Source: Sphyrna mokarran (taxonomy: Eukaryota). From it: a DNA stretch of 61,295 nucleotides. Of this stretch, positions 1 through 13,795 are shown piece by piece (positions within the stretch are counted from its first letter, which is position 1; each line of letters opens with the position of its first letter). The DNA lies in NCBI GenBank assembly GCA_024679065.1, contig JAGIQG010000016.1, positions 3,286,001-3,347,295 of the forward strand, written 5' to 3'. Both the position numbers and the translations under genes were made by a program. The notes under the pieces were generated by a model. The model was not told where the DNA came from and searched no databases. It saw only the letters and a program-made list of their open reading frames with translations.

Positions 1-89
1 ATGTGACAATAATAAATCAAATCGAATTCATAACATCTGTACCAAACACACAATTCGACCCCAAGCCACTGAATGTGAAATGAGAGCAG

Positions 90-800
90 CTTAGGGCAGT
101 TCTTAAGAAGGATCTTTAAGGTGGAGAGAGAGAAAGAGAGAAGTGGAGAGGTTTAGGGAAGGAATTCCAGAGCTTAGTGTTCCCAAGGCAAATGAAGGCA
201 CAGCCGCCAATGAGAGAGTGATGGGAATTGGGGAATGCTCAAGAGGCTGGAATTGGAGGAACCCGGAGATCTCAGAGGATTGTAGGGGCTGGAGGAGGTT
301 ACAGAGATAGGGAGGGGTGTAGGAGGCTGGAAAAGGTTACAGATATAGGGAGAGGTGTAGGAGGCTGGAAAAGGTTACAGATATAGGGAGGGGTGCAGGA
401 GGCTGGAGGAGGTTACAAGATAGAGAGGATTGTAGGGGTTGGAAGAGGTTACAGAGAAAGGGAGAGATGTAGAAGCTGGAGGAGGTTACAGAGATAGGGA
501 GGGACTGGAGGAGGTTCCAGAGTTAGGGAGGATTGTAAGGGCTGGAGGAGGATACAGGGAGGGGTGAGACTGTGGGGGGAGTTGAGAATAAAAATGAGAA
601 CGTTTGAGATGGAGGTGTTATTGGACTGGGAGCCAGTGAAGTTCAGTGAATGGCGAGGTGATGGGTGGATGGGATTGGGTTTGAGTTTGAGTTAGGGCAC
701 TGGGGTAGCAGAGTTTTGGAGGAGTTGTAGTTCACTGGAGCAGGGGATGGAGACAGGGCTGGAGAGTGCTGGAATGGCCCAGTCTGGAGATAATAGTGCA
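90..800 (-). mobile_element. L2-like LINE fragment with internal ~37-bp minisatellite (~280-560)
   Basis: gtaggggctggaggaggttacagagatagggagggg repeats inside sequence that recurs at 24390-24680 (inverted) and 48670-49350. Confidence 0.6.
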
Positions 801-853
801 TACTCGAATCCCGCTGTACACCAAACACCAAATTAAATCAGGGTAGAAATTAC

Positions 854-1153
854 ATTGCCAGCGAGCTGTCTTTTCTTCTTGAGTTTTCTGGTTGAAAATG
901 GAACACAGAAACGTGCAGTTGATGGTCACATTGACTCGCAGGGTGCTGGTCACATTCCAGAGGCCACTGCTGGGATCTAACTGTCTTGAGGTGTTCTCAT
1001 GGATTCCAATCGGCAGCGGGTTGCCCCCTGCATCTGTCCAGTTGACTGTGGGTTCTGGGTAGCCAGCTGAGGAACTGCAGATCAGTGTCACTTCCTGACC
1101 CACTCGAATGAATTCTGGATTGGGTCCAGAGATCTTGGGGGTGTTGAAATGAG
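854..1153 (-). CDS. B7-family gene B, IgC exon, 300 nt; downstream exons outside the window
   Basis: Acceptor acctttcag| and donor CAAT|GTAATT, phase 1/1. B7 IgC motifs AHFNTPKI, LICSSSAGYPEPTVNW, GLWNVTSTLRV, FLCSIFN. Confidence 0.93.
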
Positions 1154-1212
1154 CTGAAAGGTTAATGGTATTGTGTCATAATAGTGCAATCATTCACTAT
1201 CCATTCATTTTA

Positions 1213-3925
1213 CATAGAAACAAAGAAGTTAAGAGCAAGAGGAGGCCATTTGGCCCTTTGAGCCTGATCCACCCATTCATTACAATCATGGCTGATCATC
1301 CAACTCAATAGCCTAATCCTGCTTTCTCTGCATAACAGTTGATCACATTTGCCCCAAGTGCTATATCCAGCTGCATCTTGAATATATTCAATGTTTTGGC
1401 ATCAACTACTTCCTGTGGGAATGAATTCCACAGGCTCACCACTCGCTGGGTGAAGAAATGTCTCTTCACCTCCATTCCAAATGGTCTATCCCAAATCCTC
1501 AGATTGTGATCCCTGCTTCTGGACTCCCTCACCATGAGGAACATCCTCCCTGCAAGTATCCTGTATAGTCCTGAAGAATTTTATAAGTCTCTGTGAGACC
1601 ATCCCCCCCAACATTTGCCTAAAACCCAGTGAAAATAATCCTAACCCAGTCACTCTCTCTTCATACATCAGTCCCACTATCACCAGAATCAGCCTGGTAA
1701 ACCTTCGCTGCACTCTCTTGAGAGCAAGAACATCCTTCCTCATGAAAGGAGACCAAAACTGAATACAGTATTCTAGGTGTGGCCTCGCCAAGGCCCTGTA
1801 TAATTGCAACAACACATCCTGCTCCTGTACTCGAAACCTCTCGCAATGAAGGCCAACATGCCATTTGCCTTCTTTACCATCTGCTGCACCTGTATGCTTA
1901 CCATCAGTGACTGGTGCACAAGGACACCCAGATCCCTCTGCACACTCCCTTCTCCCAATTTACAGCCATTCAGGTGTAATCTGCCTTCTTGTTTTTGCTT
2001 CCAAAGTGAATATCCACACATTTATCCAAATTATACTGCATCTGCCATTGATTTGCCCACTCACCCAACCTGTACATCATGCTGAAGGACCTCTGCATCC
2101 TTGTCCCAGTTCACCTCACACCCAACTTGGTATCATCTGCAAGCTTTGAGATATTACATTTTGTTCCCTCATCCAAATCATTAATATATTGAATAGCTGG
2201 GGTCGCAGCGCCAATCTCTGTGACACCCCACCAGTTACAGCCTGCCAATTTGAAAAGCACCCATTAATTCCTACTCCTTGTTTCCTCTCTGCCAACCAGT
2301 TTTCTATCCATCTCAATACACTTTCTCAAACTCACGCGCTTTAATCTTGCACAATAATTTCTTGTGCCGGACTTTGCTAAATGCTTCCTGAAAATCCAAA
2401 TACACCATATCTACTGGTTCCCCCTTGTCAACTCTGCTAGTTACATCTTCAAAGAATTCCAACGGATTTGTCAAGCATAATTTCCCCTTCATGCTGAAAT
2501 CCATGCTGAATCTGTCTAATCCTGCCATTGTTTTTTAAACGCTCTCTCTCTCCCCCTCTGTCTCTGTCTCTCTCTCTCTCTCTGTCTCCCTGTCTCTTTC
2601 TCCCCCTGTCTCATTCTGTCTCTCTCAGTCTTTTTCTCTATCTCTTTTTCTCTCTTTCATTTAAAAATCCTTGATACAGGAGAATTTTCCCCGTACCATG
2701 TTAGGCTTACTGGTCTATAATTCCTTGCTTTCTCTCTACCCCAGTTTTTGAATATTGGAATGTCATTAGCTCATCTCAATCTGCAGGGACTGTTCCAGAG
2801 GCTACAGAATGCTGAAGATGACCACCAGCGCATCCACTATTTCTAGGCTATTTTCTTAATTACTCTGGGATGTAGATTATCAAGCTCTGGCAATTTATTC
2901 ACCTTCAATCCTATCAACTTTCCCAGCACCATTTCTCTACTAATATTGATCTTCCTCAGTTCTTCCCTCTCATTAAATCTTGCATTCTCCAACACTTCTG
3001 GCATCTGATTTGTGTCCTTTTCTGAAGACAGACCAAAGTATGTATTCAGTTCCTCAGCCATTTCTTTGTCCCCGATTATACATTCCCCTGTTTCAATTGG
3101 TAGCGGATCTACATTTGTCTTCATCAGCCTCTTTCTCTTCACATCTCTATAGAAACTCTTAGTCAGCCTTTATGTTCCCTGCAAGCTTACTTTCATACTG
3201 TATTTTCCCCTTCCGTGATCAATCCCTTGATCCTTCTTTGCTGAATTTTAAACTGCTCCCAATCCTCAGACCTATTACTGTGCTTGGCCAATCTGTACGC
3301 TTCTTCCTTAGATTAGATACTTTCTAATTTCCTTTGTAAGCCATGGATTGGTCCTCTTCCCCATTTTGCTTTTGTGCAGACAGGAATAAACAGCTGCTGC
3401 CGTTCCCCCATATGTTCCTTGAATGTTTGCCATTGCCGATCCACTGCAAGTAACTCTCCCAATCTAACAGGGCCAACTCACACCTCATGTCCTCATAGTT
3501 TCCTTTACTAAGATTCAGCATCTCATCTCTGAATCAACTACTTTATTTGCCATCTTGATAAAAAAATTTTCCCATGTTATGGTTGCTCATCCCCCGGGGG
3601 TCTTGTATAGCTAGATTGGCAACGATTCTCTCTCATTACACAGTACCCACTCTAAGATGGCCTGCTGACTAGTTGGTTCCTTCAATTATTGATCAAAAAA
3701 AACCGTCCTGTATACACTTCAGGAATTCCTCCTCTACTGCATTGTGGCTAATTTGATTTGCCCAATCTATGTGTAGATTAAAATCACTCACGATCACCAA
3801 TATTCCCTTATCACATGCATCTCTAATTTTGTGTTCAATGCAATTCTCAATATCACCTCCCACTAATGTTTTTTGCCCCTTGATATTTCTCCATTCTACC
3901 CATACAGATTCCATATTTACATCAT
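1213..3925 (-). mobile_element. CR1 LINE, decayed ORF2 (endonuclease to RT to 3' tail)
   Basis: ORF pieces SDFNLHIDW, CLTNPLEFFEDVT..VYLDFQEAF, RDLGVLVH, RPHLEYCIQFWSP, FFTQRVVSLWNS; 3' tail near 1215. Confidence 0.9.
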
Positions 3926-4344
3926 TCTTCCATCTCCAAATGCTGCTAACACGTTACCCTGCACTCCAGTGGCATACACGTATATTGGGTCTCTCTCTCT
4001 CTCTCTCCACCCCCCCCCCCCCCCACCCCCGTCTCTCTCTGTCTCTGTCTTTCTTTCTTGCTTTCTGTCTCTCTCTGTCTTTTTCTCTCTGTCTTTTTCT
4101 CTCTCCCCCTGTCTCTATGAAGAGAATGTTTCCTATAGAATATAGCCCCTGCCAGAACCCTTTACCCAAGTGAGACTCTCCCCCAGGAGAGACCAGGAAT
4201 CTCTCACTCTCTGACAGGTGCCATGACAATTTGCTGCACTCAATCATGTTTCAAGCTGTTCTCAAACCCGGAGCTCCAGCCCAGAGACAGGGCATTCCAT
4301 TCCTCTCCCACTGCGGCAGGGAACTCACTGGGCAACAGAGTGGG

Positions 4345-4985
4345 TGAAGAGGGGGAGGGGATAAAGAGTGGGGGAGGGGATAAAGAGTGGGGGAGGGGAT
4401 AAGGAGTGGGCCAAGGGGTAAGTAGGGGAGGGGGTAAGAGGTGCAGAAGGTAAGGAACAGGGAGGGGGTAAGGGATGGTAAGGGATGGGAAGGGGTAAAG
4501 GGAGGGGGAGGTATTAAGGAATGGGGGAGGGGGTAAGGAGCAGAGGAGGGAGTAAGGGTTGGGGAAGGGTAAGGGAGAGGGGAAGGGGTAATGGGTGGGG
4601 AAGGGGGTAAGGGGTGGAGGAGAGGGTAAGGGGCAGAGGTGCATTAAGGGGAGGAGGTAAGGAGTGAGGGAAAAGGGGGTAGAAGGCGGGGAGGTAAGGA
4701 ATGGGGGAGGAAATAAGGGTGGGGGAGGGTGTAAAGGGTGATGGAGGGGATAAGGAGTGGGGTGGGTGTAAGGCGTGATGGAGAGGATAAGGGGTGGATG
4801 AGGCTGTAAGGGATGATGGAGGGTATAAGGAGTGGGGTGGGTGTAAGGCATGATGGAGGGGATATGGGGTGGGGGAGGGTCTAAGGAGTAATGGAGGGGA
4901 TAAGGGGTGATGGAGGGGATAACGGATGATGGAGGGGATAAGGAGTGGGTGAGGGTGTAAGGGGTGGGGGAAGGGGTAAGGGGGG
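4345..4985. repeat. G-rich low-complexity tract (ggggtaagg-like)
   Basis: Dense G runs immediately 3' (gene sense) of the gene B IgV donor; source of the spurious Pro-rich ORF extension. Confidence 0.85.
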
Positions 4986-5039
4986 CACAGTTTCCAAAGG
5001 AGGTGTTGTTTATTGGGGCAGATTGAGTGGATCCTTTAC

Positions 5040-5390
5040 CTGCTGTGACCAGTTCAACTGTGGTTTCTTGCTGCTTGTGAGGACCGTTGGGGCTCTCAAC
5101 CAGCACGAAGCACTGGTACGACCCTTCATCTTCCAGAGTCACGGCATCGAGCTGGAGGGACATGTCTCCACTCTCCATCCTGTCCACGAGCATCCAGGTA
5201 CGATTACTGTATCGGGCTTCCTGCCGCTCAGTCTGTTCTTTCTCCCCATACTGTGCGTGGACCAACTTGTTCCTGCTGACCTGCCACAGTATACGGAGGT
5301 CACTCACCCCCTTCACTCTGCTTATGTTAAAGTAACAAGGCAATGACACCCGCTCACCGATAATCCCCAAAATCATGGTGGAACTCGCAG
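5040..5390 (-). CDS. B7-family gene B, IgV exon (CD86-like), 351 nt
   Basis: Acceptor tctccctcag| and donor GCAG|GTAAAG, phase 1/1. V-set motifs VSLPCYF, LRILWQ, RYSNRT, GDMSLQL, EDEGSYQC. Confidence 0.95.
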
Positions 5391-5504
5391 CTGAGGGAGA
5401 CAGAGACACAGAACAGTCACAATCAATTGCAGAGGGATTCAGGTATACTCAAACCTGAATCGCAAACCGTCGGTCTGATTAGGATGTTTAATGGAATATT
5501 GGTA

Positions 5505-6325
5505 TTTGATTTGATTTATTATTGTCACATGCACTGGGATACAGTGAAAAGTATTGTTTCTTCCACATTATATAGACAAAGCATATCGTTCATAGAGTAT
5601 ATACAGAAAAAGGAAAGGGTGCAGAATATAGTTTATGTTTATTTATTAGTAGGTTTACATTAAAACTACAGTGAAATTACTGAGCTTTGAATAAAGGGTC
5701 ATCTGGACTCAAAACATGAGCTCTTTTCTCTCTTTACTGATGCTGCCAGACCTGCTGAGATTTTGGTTTCAGATTCCAGTATCTGCAGTAATTTGCTTTT
5801 ACACTGTAAAAAAAATCCCCCAGTCTCCACATTCCGGCGCCTCTTCAGTTACACTGAGGGAGCATTTCGCATGGCCAATGCACCTAACCAGCACGTCTTT
5901 CAGACTGTGGGAGGAAACCAGAGCACCTGGAGGAAACCCACGCAAATATGGTGAGAACGCACAGACTCCGCACAGTCAACCAAACCAGGAATCGAATTAC
6001 TGTGCCACCAAGTCATAGCTAGGGCATTCAAAAGTCTGATGGCAACAGGGAAGAAGCTGTTCTTAAGTCAGTTGGTACATGACCTCAGACTTTTGTATCT
6101 TTTTCCCGGTGGAACAGAGAATGTCTGGGATGTGTTGTGTCCTTAATTATGCTGGCTGCTTTTTCGAGGCAGTGGGAAATGTAGAAAGAGTCAGTGGATG
6201 GGAGGCTTGTTTGCCTGATGGATTGGGCTACGTTCACAATACTTTGTAGTTTCTTGTGGTCTTGGGCAGAGCAGGAGCCCAGACCAAGCTGTGATACAAC
6301 CAGAAGGAATGCTTTCCATGGTGCA
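5505..6325 (-). mobile_element. Rex1/Babar LINE 3' fragment interrupted by V-SINE pieces (~5640-6010)
   Basis: atttgatttgatttattattgtcacatg tail and body shared with copies at 25261, 34603 and 52785. Confidence 0.75.
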
Positions 6326-6339
6326 TTATTGTGAAGGGG

Positions 6340-7560
6340 GATTAGTATAAGTGTTTGGAAGTCTACCTACAACAGTATGGGGTATTGGTGAGACCACACC
6401 TGGAGCACTGTATCCAGTTCTGGTCTCCTTACCTCGGGAGGGATAGACTGACACCAGAGGCGATTCAGAGAAGGTTCACAGGGCCGGTTCCTGGGATGAG
6501 GAACGGTTTGGTCCCAGTACCCATTGGAGTTTAGAAGAATGAGCGAGGATCTCATTGAAATATATTAGACTCTTGGGGGGAGGGGGTGGGGGGAATGGAA
6601 TGGGGTAGACATGATGGATTCTGGGAGGATGGCTGCCCCTTGTTGGGGTGGATCTCTGGAACTGGTGGGCGAGGGGCACAGTTTCAGAATGAGGGGGTCT
6701 CCCATTGGAGACGGAAATGAGGAATTTCATCTCTCGATGGTGGGGATGGGGGGGCGGTCAGTGTGTGGAATTCAGCCCCCCCCCTCCGAGTGAGGGCTGC
6801 GACTCACTAAATAGATTCGAGACTGAGGAAGACTGAGGCGGGGGGGGGGGTCAGGAATGAAAGTGGGGTTAGGGCGACAATTCAATCAGACCTGATCTTA
6901 CTGAAAGACAGAGCAGCTCGAGGGTTCAAATAATCTCCTCTTGCTCCTATTGCTTTTATTATTGAAGGAGGCCTCATTCAGCCCCTCGATCCTGTTACAC
7001 AGGAACAGGAGGAGACCATTCAGCCCCTCGAGCCTGTTACACAGGAACAGGAGAAGGCCCCATTCAGCCCCTCGAGCCTGTTACACAGGAACAGGAGAAG
7101 GCCCCATTCAGCTCCTCGAGCCTGTTACACAGGAACAGGAGGAGGCCCCATTCAGCCCCTCGAACCTGTTACACAGGAACAGGAGGAGGTCCCATTCAGC
7201 CCCTCGAACCTGTTACACAGGAACAGGAGGAGGCCCCATTCAGCCCTTCGAGCCTGTTACACAGGAACAGGAGGAGGACCCATTCAGCCCCCTAGAGCCT
7301 GTTACACAGGAACAGGAGGAGGACCCATTCAGCCCCCTAGAGCCTGTTACACAGGAACAGGAGGATGCCCCATTTAGCTCCCTGTTACACAGTTTCAGGA
7401 AGAGGCCATTCAGCCCCTCAAGCCTGTCCTGCCATTCGGTTAGATCCTGGCTGTCCTTTATCTGAACTCCATCTCCCCAACTCGGTCGCGTAACCCTTAA
7501 CTCTCTTAACCTGACAAAAAATGGATCAATCTCATTTATGAAATATCCAGTTGACTCCTC
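6340..7560. repeat. CR1 3' fragments with a 42-44-bp minisatellite (cattcagcccctcgagcctgttacacaggaacaggaggaggc) at ~6965-7430
   Basis: About 10 tandem units derived from the CR1 tail motif ggaggccattcagcccctcgagcctg. Confidence 0.85.
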
Positions 7561-7574
7561 CCATGCCCAATCCA

Positions 7575-7825
7575 CCTAATCTAAATATCTTTGGACACCA
7601 AGAGGCAATTTAACATGGTGAACCCACCTAACCCGCACATCTTTGGATATTAAGGGGGAATTTACCATGGCCAAGCTACTTAACCTGCACATTTTTGGAG
7701 TAAGGGAGAAAACCCATACAGACATAGGGAGAATGTGCAGACTCCACCCAGACAGTGACAAAACTGGGAATCAAATCTGGGTCCCTGGCACTGAGAAGGC
7801 AGCAGTGCTAACCACTGTGCTGCCC
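7575..7825 (-). mobile_element. HE1/V-SINE
   Basis: Reverse complement of the tRNA-like head (cacagtggttagcactgctgcc) and V-domain (gagtctgcacattctccc). Confidence 0.8.
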
Positions 7826-7949
7826 TAGGTATGATGTGACCCCATTCCTCCAATTCCGGTCACCGATTCCCATCGCTCCACCATTGGCGGCCGTGCCTTC
7901 AGCTACCTGGGGGGCCCTATGTCTGAAATTCTCTTCATAAACCTCTTCA

Positions 7950-9715
7950 CATCTCTCTCTTTCTCCCATTCTCTCTCTTCCTCCCTTTCTCTTCCATTCT
8001 TCCTCTTTCTCTTTCTCTCTCCCTCACTCTCTTCCATTCTCTCTCACTTTCTCCCATTATCTCTTTCTTTCTCTCTCTCTCTCTCTTTCCCATTCTCTCT
8101 TTCTTTCCCTTTCTCTTCCATTCTGTCTGTCTGTCTCTCTCCCATTCTCTCTCTCACTCTCTCTCATTCTCTCTTTCTCTCTCTCTCTTTCTCTCTTTCT
8201 CATTCTTTCTCTGTTTCCCATTCTGTCTCTCTCTTCCTATTCTCTCTCTCTCTCCCATTTTGTTCCATTCTCTCTTTCTCNNNNNNNNNNNNNNNNNNNN
8301 NNNNNNNNNNNNNNNNNNNNNNNNNNNNNNNNNNNNNNNNNNNNNNNNNNNNNNNNNNNNNNNNNNNNNNNNNNNNNNNNNNNNNNNNNNNNNNNNNNNN
8401 NNNNNNNNNNNNNNNNNNNNNNNNNNNNNNNNNNNNNNNNNNNNNNNNNNNNNNNNNNNNNNNNNNNNNNNNNNNNNNNNNNNNNNNNNCTCTCTCTCCA
8501 GTGCTGTTGACCAAGTCCGGTTTGGGTTGGGCTAAATTGGAATGCTTAGCTCTGTCCAAGATGCTAGAGAAATGCAGGTTGTTGTTGTGATTTGATCAGT
8601 GTCGTGGGCAGGGATATTCCTATTGTCCTGGTTTTCCGAACACTCCCTTCTGTCCCGTTGACTTGGCCCTGCTGCCGTGTTCCTGTAGGCCTCGGCTGGA
8701 GCCTGAGGCCTCCCATTGAAAACTGGCCCAGGTTGGTACTCTCACCTTCTGCTGCCCAGCACAGTGGAAGGATCAGCCGGACAAACCAGATCTTCATCCT
8801 GAGGAGAGAAGGGATGAAAATGTTAACAAATGCGTCAACAGTGAGAGTTCGGAGAGGGGGATACTTGGTTCACAGCCTCCAGAAACAGGCTCCACATTCA
8901 TTTCAGCCTAAATGTTTTGTTTCCATCTGTTTTCCCCTGCTGTATCCCCCCAAAACACACACCCACCCACCCACACCCTCTCACACATTCTCTCTCTCAC
9001 ATACACACTCTCTCAATCTCTCTTACACATTCTCACACTGTCTCACAAATACTCTCTCTCACACATTCTCACTGTCTCTCTCACACTCATACTCTCTCAA
9101 ACACACTCTCACGCTTATTCTCTCTCACACACACACACTCACACACACTCTTTCACACACTCACACATTCTCACACACTCTCTCACAGATTTTCTCTCTC
9201 ATATACTCTCTCACACACACTCCCTCACACACTCTCTCAAACGCATTCTTTCTCACACACTCTGCCTCACTCTTACACGCTTACTCACACACTCTCTCAT
9301 ACACACACACATTCTCTTTCTCAAATACTTCACATTCTCACACAGCCACTCTCACACACACACTTTCTGTCATACACACACTCTCTCACACACAAACTCT
9401 CTCTTTCACTCTCACACACGCTTTCTTTCATTCATACAGGTACACTCTCACTCACATCCTCTCTCACTCACATACTCTCTCACGCGGTCTCTCTCTCGCA
9501 CTCTCACATACTATCTCACGCACAGTCTCTGACGCACACTCTCTCATGGACACTCACTCGCATGCACACTCTCATGCACACTCTCACACACATACACACT
9601 CACATGCACTTTCTCACTTGCACTCTCTCACATACGAGCTCTCTCACACACTCACTCGCACACACACTCTCTCTCCCTGACTCATACACACACACACACA
9701 CATACACACAATCTC
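7950..9715. repeat. CT-rich (7950-8280) and CA/CT-rich (8955-9715) low-complexity tracts flanking the gene B leader exon; gap 8281-8489
   Basis: Direct inspection; 209 Ns. Confidence 0.9.
8746..8798 (-). CDS. B7-family gene B, signal-peptide exon ((R)MKIWFVRLILPLCWAAE), 53 nt
   Basis: Polypyrimidine acceptor ...ttctctcctcag|G ATG and donor GAAG|GTGAGA. Hydrophobic leader; phase-1 end joins the IgV exon. Confidence 0.88.
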
Positions 9716-10847
9716 TGAAACACTCTCACAAAAAACACATGAGGGATTTTGAGATTCCTCTTTCTAGAATCCACAGCGATGAACAGTATTACTGTGATAT
9801 TAGACAATGAACTGAATGGACATTTTGTGTGCCAAGCCGGGGAATGATAAACTAATCTCCAGATTGCTGTCACAATGCAGTTGTGGGGGTGGGGTCTGGA
9901 AAGGATTGTGGTCAGTGCACACTCGATGGGCTGAATGGCTTCCTTCTGCACTGTAGGCATTCTATTGATTCTAAAGAGTCTGGTGTCTGAGAGTCAGTAC
10001 AGACTCAATGGGCTGAATGGCCTCTTTCTGCATTGTAGGAATTCTACGGCAATTGAAAGTGTATGAGAAACACTCTCAAAGATATGATGTATGTGTAAAG
10101 ATCCCCTCTATTAGAAAGTTGGCCTCAAACTGTCTCAGAATAGCAAACCAATATTATTCAAGATACAAGCTATCTATCCAGGACCATAGGATCTCCACAG
10201 TGCAGAAAGAGGCTATTCGGCCCATCGAGTCTGCACCGACTCTCCAAATGAGTATCTCGCTCAGGCTCTCCCCTCCGCCCTGTCCCCATAACCTCGTGCA
10301 GTTACCATGGTCAATTCACTTAACCTGCAGATTCAATCAGGACTTTCAAAATGGGGAATTGGAGAAATACCGGAAGGTGAAAAATTTATAGGGATAGCAG
10401 GAAAGAACAAAGGTGGAGAGTGAGCCGGCGGGGGAGGGGGTGGGAGTAGGAGCTAGCACAGGACAAAAGGACTGAATGGTCTCAGTCTATACAAATGTGG
10501 TGTTTATTGTGAAAGTACACACACAGGTTGGGCCTAAGGTACAGCAGGTAGACTTCTGAAGGTCAGTTCTGATCATAAACAAGCTGTTCCGGAACGTCTT
10601 GTTTAAGTGTTCGGGGAAATCCCCAGCTCACCAGGGGCCCGTCCCCAGACTCAAAACAAAAATCAAAATATTTCTTCAAAATTAAACTGCCCAGGGATTT
10701 TATTTGTGGAGTTTCTGCTTCTACTGCCCTTTCAAGCAGTGCCTTCCAAGTCACAACAATTCACTGTGTGTCAAAAGTAAAATTCTCATCTCCCCGTCCC
10801 CTTCTGGTTCTTTTCCCGATTCTCTTCAATCTGTGTCTCCTCTGATT

Positions 10848-11127
10848 GTGCTGACTGTGCTGTCTGGAGAAAATACACAATTCTCTAACAATGCTCAGGA
10901 TCCCCTTCACACACATTGTTAGCCACTTTAACACTTGAATAGCAGGTTAGATGTAAGGATTCGCATTCTAATCAGCAATCTCTGGCTGTCTGTGCTGATG
11001 TGTGCTATTGCAGACCAGAACACTGCACTTGCCTGATGAAGACACGGGAGTGTTGAAAGCTCGCTTTTTTACTATCAAATAAATCGGTTGGATTAATAAT
11101 TGGTGTTGCTAAATTCTTACTGAGTTC
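10848..11127 (+). mobile_element. Short non-autonomous Penelope-derived insert with hammerhead motif and 12-bp TSD
   Basis: TCTCCTCTGATT at 10836-10847 and 11128-11139; homologous to the right arm of the 55546-56279 element; CTGATGA-A-GACAC/GTGTT-GAAA-GCTC at 11033-11062. Confidence 0.8.
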
Positions 11128-12194
11128 TCTCCTCTGATTACCAAGCCTGCTGTCACTGGAAACGCTTTCTTCTCAGTTACCTTCCCTCCCTCCTTCTTCA
11201 CAAACCCTGTGGTGGTGGTGGTGGGGGGGGGGGCTCAAACTGACAATTTGGCCGTGGTGGGGACATTGCACTCTGAGCAAAGGTTGCCATGGTGGGTGAG
11301 AGTTGCCCAGAGGTTGATGGCGAGGGATATTGAGAGATGCTCTGGATGGTTTGTTTCCTTCCCAGCTCCCTCGGCTTATCTACACCGTTTAAGCGTAGGT
11401 CCTGAGGCCAAGTTTTGCTGAGTGGCCTCCTGACCGGGCAGGGAAGCGGGGGACAGGACTAGAAAGGTCATCTAGAAGGGTCACTGGGGTCCTGGCTTCA
11501 TTCAAACATAGCTACAGGGCAGCGGGGGGAGGGGGGTTGCCCAGGAGTGTTGATTGCTGGTATTTGTGTCCAAGGCCCTGGGAGGAGGAGGGATTTGGGG
11601 ATGGGGGGGGGGGGGATTTGGGGAGAGAAGGATTTGGGAGGAGGGGGGATTTGGGGAGGGGGGTTTTGTGGAGGGGAGGGGGTTTGGTGAGAGTTGGGTG
11701 GGATAGGGAGGGCGGATCTCAAACACTTGACGTCCCGATTCAGAGATCGAGTGGGGTGCAGTGCAAATGGGTCCCAGTTAACCCTATGTGACCAGAATAG
11801 AACTGTCTGCGTTACTCTCCGGGGAGGCAGCATCTGCACGTGCCACTGAGGGACTTTCCCTGGCCTTGCCCTGGGTAGTTCCTGAAAGGCAGCAAGAGGT
11901 TGGCCATTGACTGATATCTCGGGTTGTATGGGAAATGCTTTACCACAAGGTGGGGCGAGAGACAAGTTGACTATCCAGACTGTCAGCCCCGATAATGGGT
12001 CCCGACTTCATCCCAGGTCAATGGAATCATCCCCTATACCACCCACCCTCTACTCACAGACCTTAGGCTTAGGAAGACCTTTGACCTACACAGCAGCCTT
12101 GCTCCACCACCCCCCCCCACCCTCCCAACTTCCCCTCCCCACCACCCACCCCATCCCTTACAGATATCAGGCTTCCACAGGTCACAGTCATAAG

Positions 12195-13282
12195 TTCATA
12201 AGACCATAAGATATAGGAGCAGAATTAGGCCATTCAGTCCATCAATTTCTCATTTTCATCTGGTCATGGCTAATGTGCTCCTCGCCCCCATTTTCCTGCC
12301 TTCTCCCCGTAACCCTTTAACTATTATCAATTAAAAGTCTGTCTAAATCCTCCTTAAATTTACTCACTTTGAATTCCAAAGATTCACAACACTCTGGGAA
12401 AAGTAGTTTCTTCTCAACTCTGTTTTAAATGTGCTACCCCTTATCCTAAGACTATGATCTCTTGTCGTAGAATGCCTCACTAGTGGAAGCATCTGCTCCA
12501 TATTTCTCTTATCCATACCTTTTATGATCTTGTAAATCTCAATTTGATCTCCCCTCATTCTTCTGAATTCCAGAGAGTACAGGCTTAAACTGTTCAATCT
12601 CTCTTCATACACAAATCCCTCATTTCTGGAATCAATCTGTGAACCCGCTCTGAACTGCCTCCAATGCCTCTACATCTTTCCTCAAATAAGAGGACCAAAA
12701 CAGTGCACAATTTCTCTCAATCTACTATTTATCCATAATACCCTTGTCAAACCCCCTTGGAGAACTGTGCACAGTTCTGGTCTCCTCACTGCAAGAAGGA
12801 TGTGGAAGCTTTTGAAAGGGTGCAGAAGAGATTTACAAGGATGTTTCTTGGATTGGGTGGCATGCCTTATGAACTTAAGTTGACACAGATCGGCCTTTTC
12901 TCCCTGGAGAGACAAAGGTTGAGAGGTGACCTGATAGAGGTTATAAAATGTTGAGAGGAATAGATAGGATGGATTCTTGGAGGCTATTTCCCAGGGCTGA
13001 AGTGGTCGCTATGAGAGGACACAGGTTTAAGGTGCTGGGGAGCAAGTACAAAGGAGATGTTAGAGGTAAGTTTTTCACTCAGAGGGTGGTGAGTGAATGG
13101 ATTCGGCTGCCGTCGGTGGTGGTAGAAACGAACTCATTGGGGTCCTTTAAGAGACTTCTGGATGAGTGCATTAGATTTAATGAGATTGAGAGTTATAGAT
13201 AGGCCTGGTAGGTATGAATATGATTGGCACAACATGTGGGCAGAAGGGCCTGTTTGTGCTGTAGCGTTCTATGTTCTATGTT
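12195..13282. mobile_element. Two CR1 3' fragments in opposite orientation (12195-12712 minus; 12755-13282 plus)
   Basis: YEERLNSLSLYSLEFRRMRGD; CAQFWSPH..ERVQKRFTRM; FFTQRVVSEW. Confidence 0.85.
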
Positions 13283-13309
13283 CAGTTCTCCAGGTGTGGT
13301 TTAACAGCT

Positions 13310-13795
13310 CTGGCCTGCAGATTTCTGACCTCTGTCACCACAAATCTCTATCCTAAGAAGTCTTCTGACCTACTGCAGGCTCTGTAGGCCTCTCTTTTAC
13401 AAGGCCTCTGGTCATTTATGAAACTTTGTCCTCCCAAGTCTCAGGCCTACAGGCTTCTGGCTTATGTCAGGCCTACATTCTATACAGGTCCTCTTGTCTA
13501 CAACAGCCCTGTATCTTATGGAGGCCTCTATACTATATAGGCTTCTATCCTATGTAGGCCTCTGTCCTATGCAGACCTGTGGCTTACTACAAGGTTTTTT
13601 TCTACAGGCCTAAGACCTACCACAGCCCTTGGTCTCAGTCAGATCTCTGTCTCACACAGGTCTCTGCCCTACTGCAAGCCACTGCCATGTATACAACTTT
13701 GAACTATATAGGCCTCTCGACGCAACTCTTTACCCTACATGCCTAACTCAAGCCTACCAGAGACCTTTGGCCTATTAGAGTCCTCTGGCCTGCAA
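13310..13795. repeat. Highly decayed ~17-19-bp tandem repeat (acaggcctctgtcctat-like)
   Basis: aggcctct/aggcttct cores recur at roughly 18-nt spacing. Confidence 0.55.

Noticed and set aside
732-853. Hydrophobic read-through after gene B IgC as a TM segment
   Set aside because: Lies beyond a phase-1 donor and runs into L2-like repeat; not a convincing TM.
4240-5039. Pro-rich mucin-like extension of the 389-aa ORF
   Set aside because: Read-through past a good GTAAAG donor into low-complexity intron; the IgC exon follows in the correct phase.
8592-9810. His/Thr/Ser/Leu-rich ORFs
   Set aside because: CA/CT microsatellite-like sequence.
11200-12170. GC-rich segment possibly a DNA transposon/MITE or exon
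   Set aside because: No terminal inverted repeats, TSD or credible coding frame could be established by eye.
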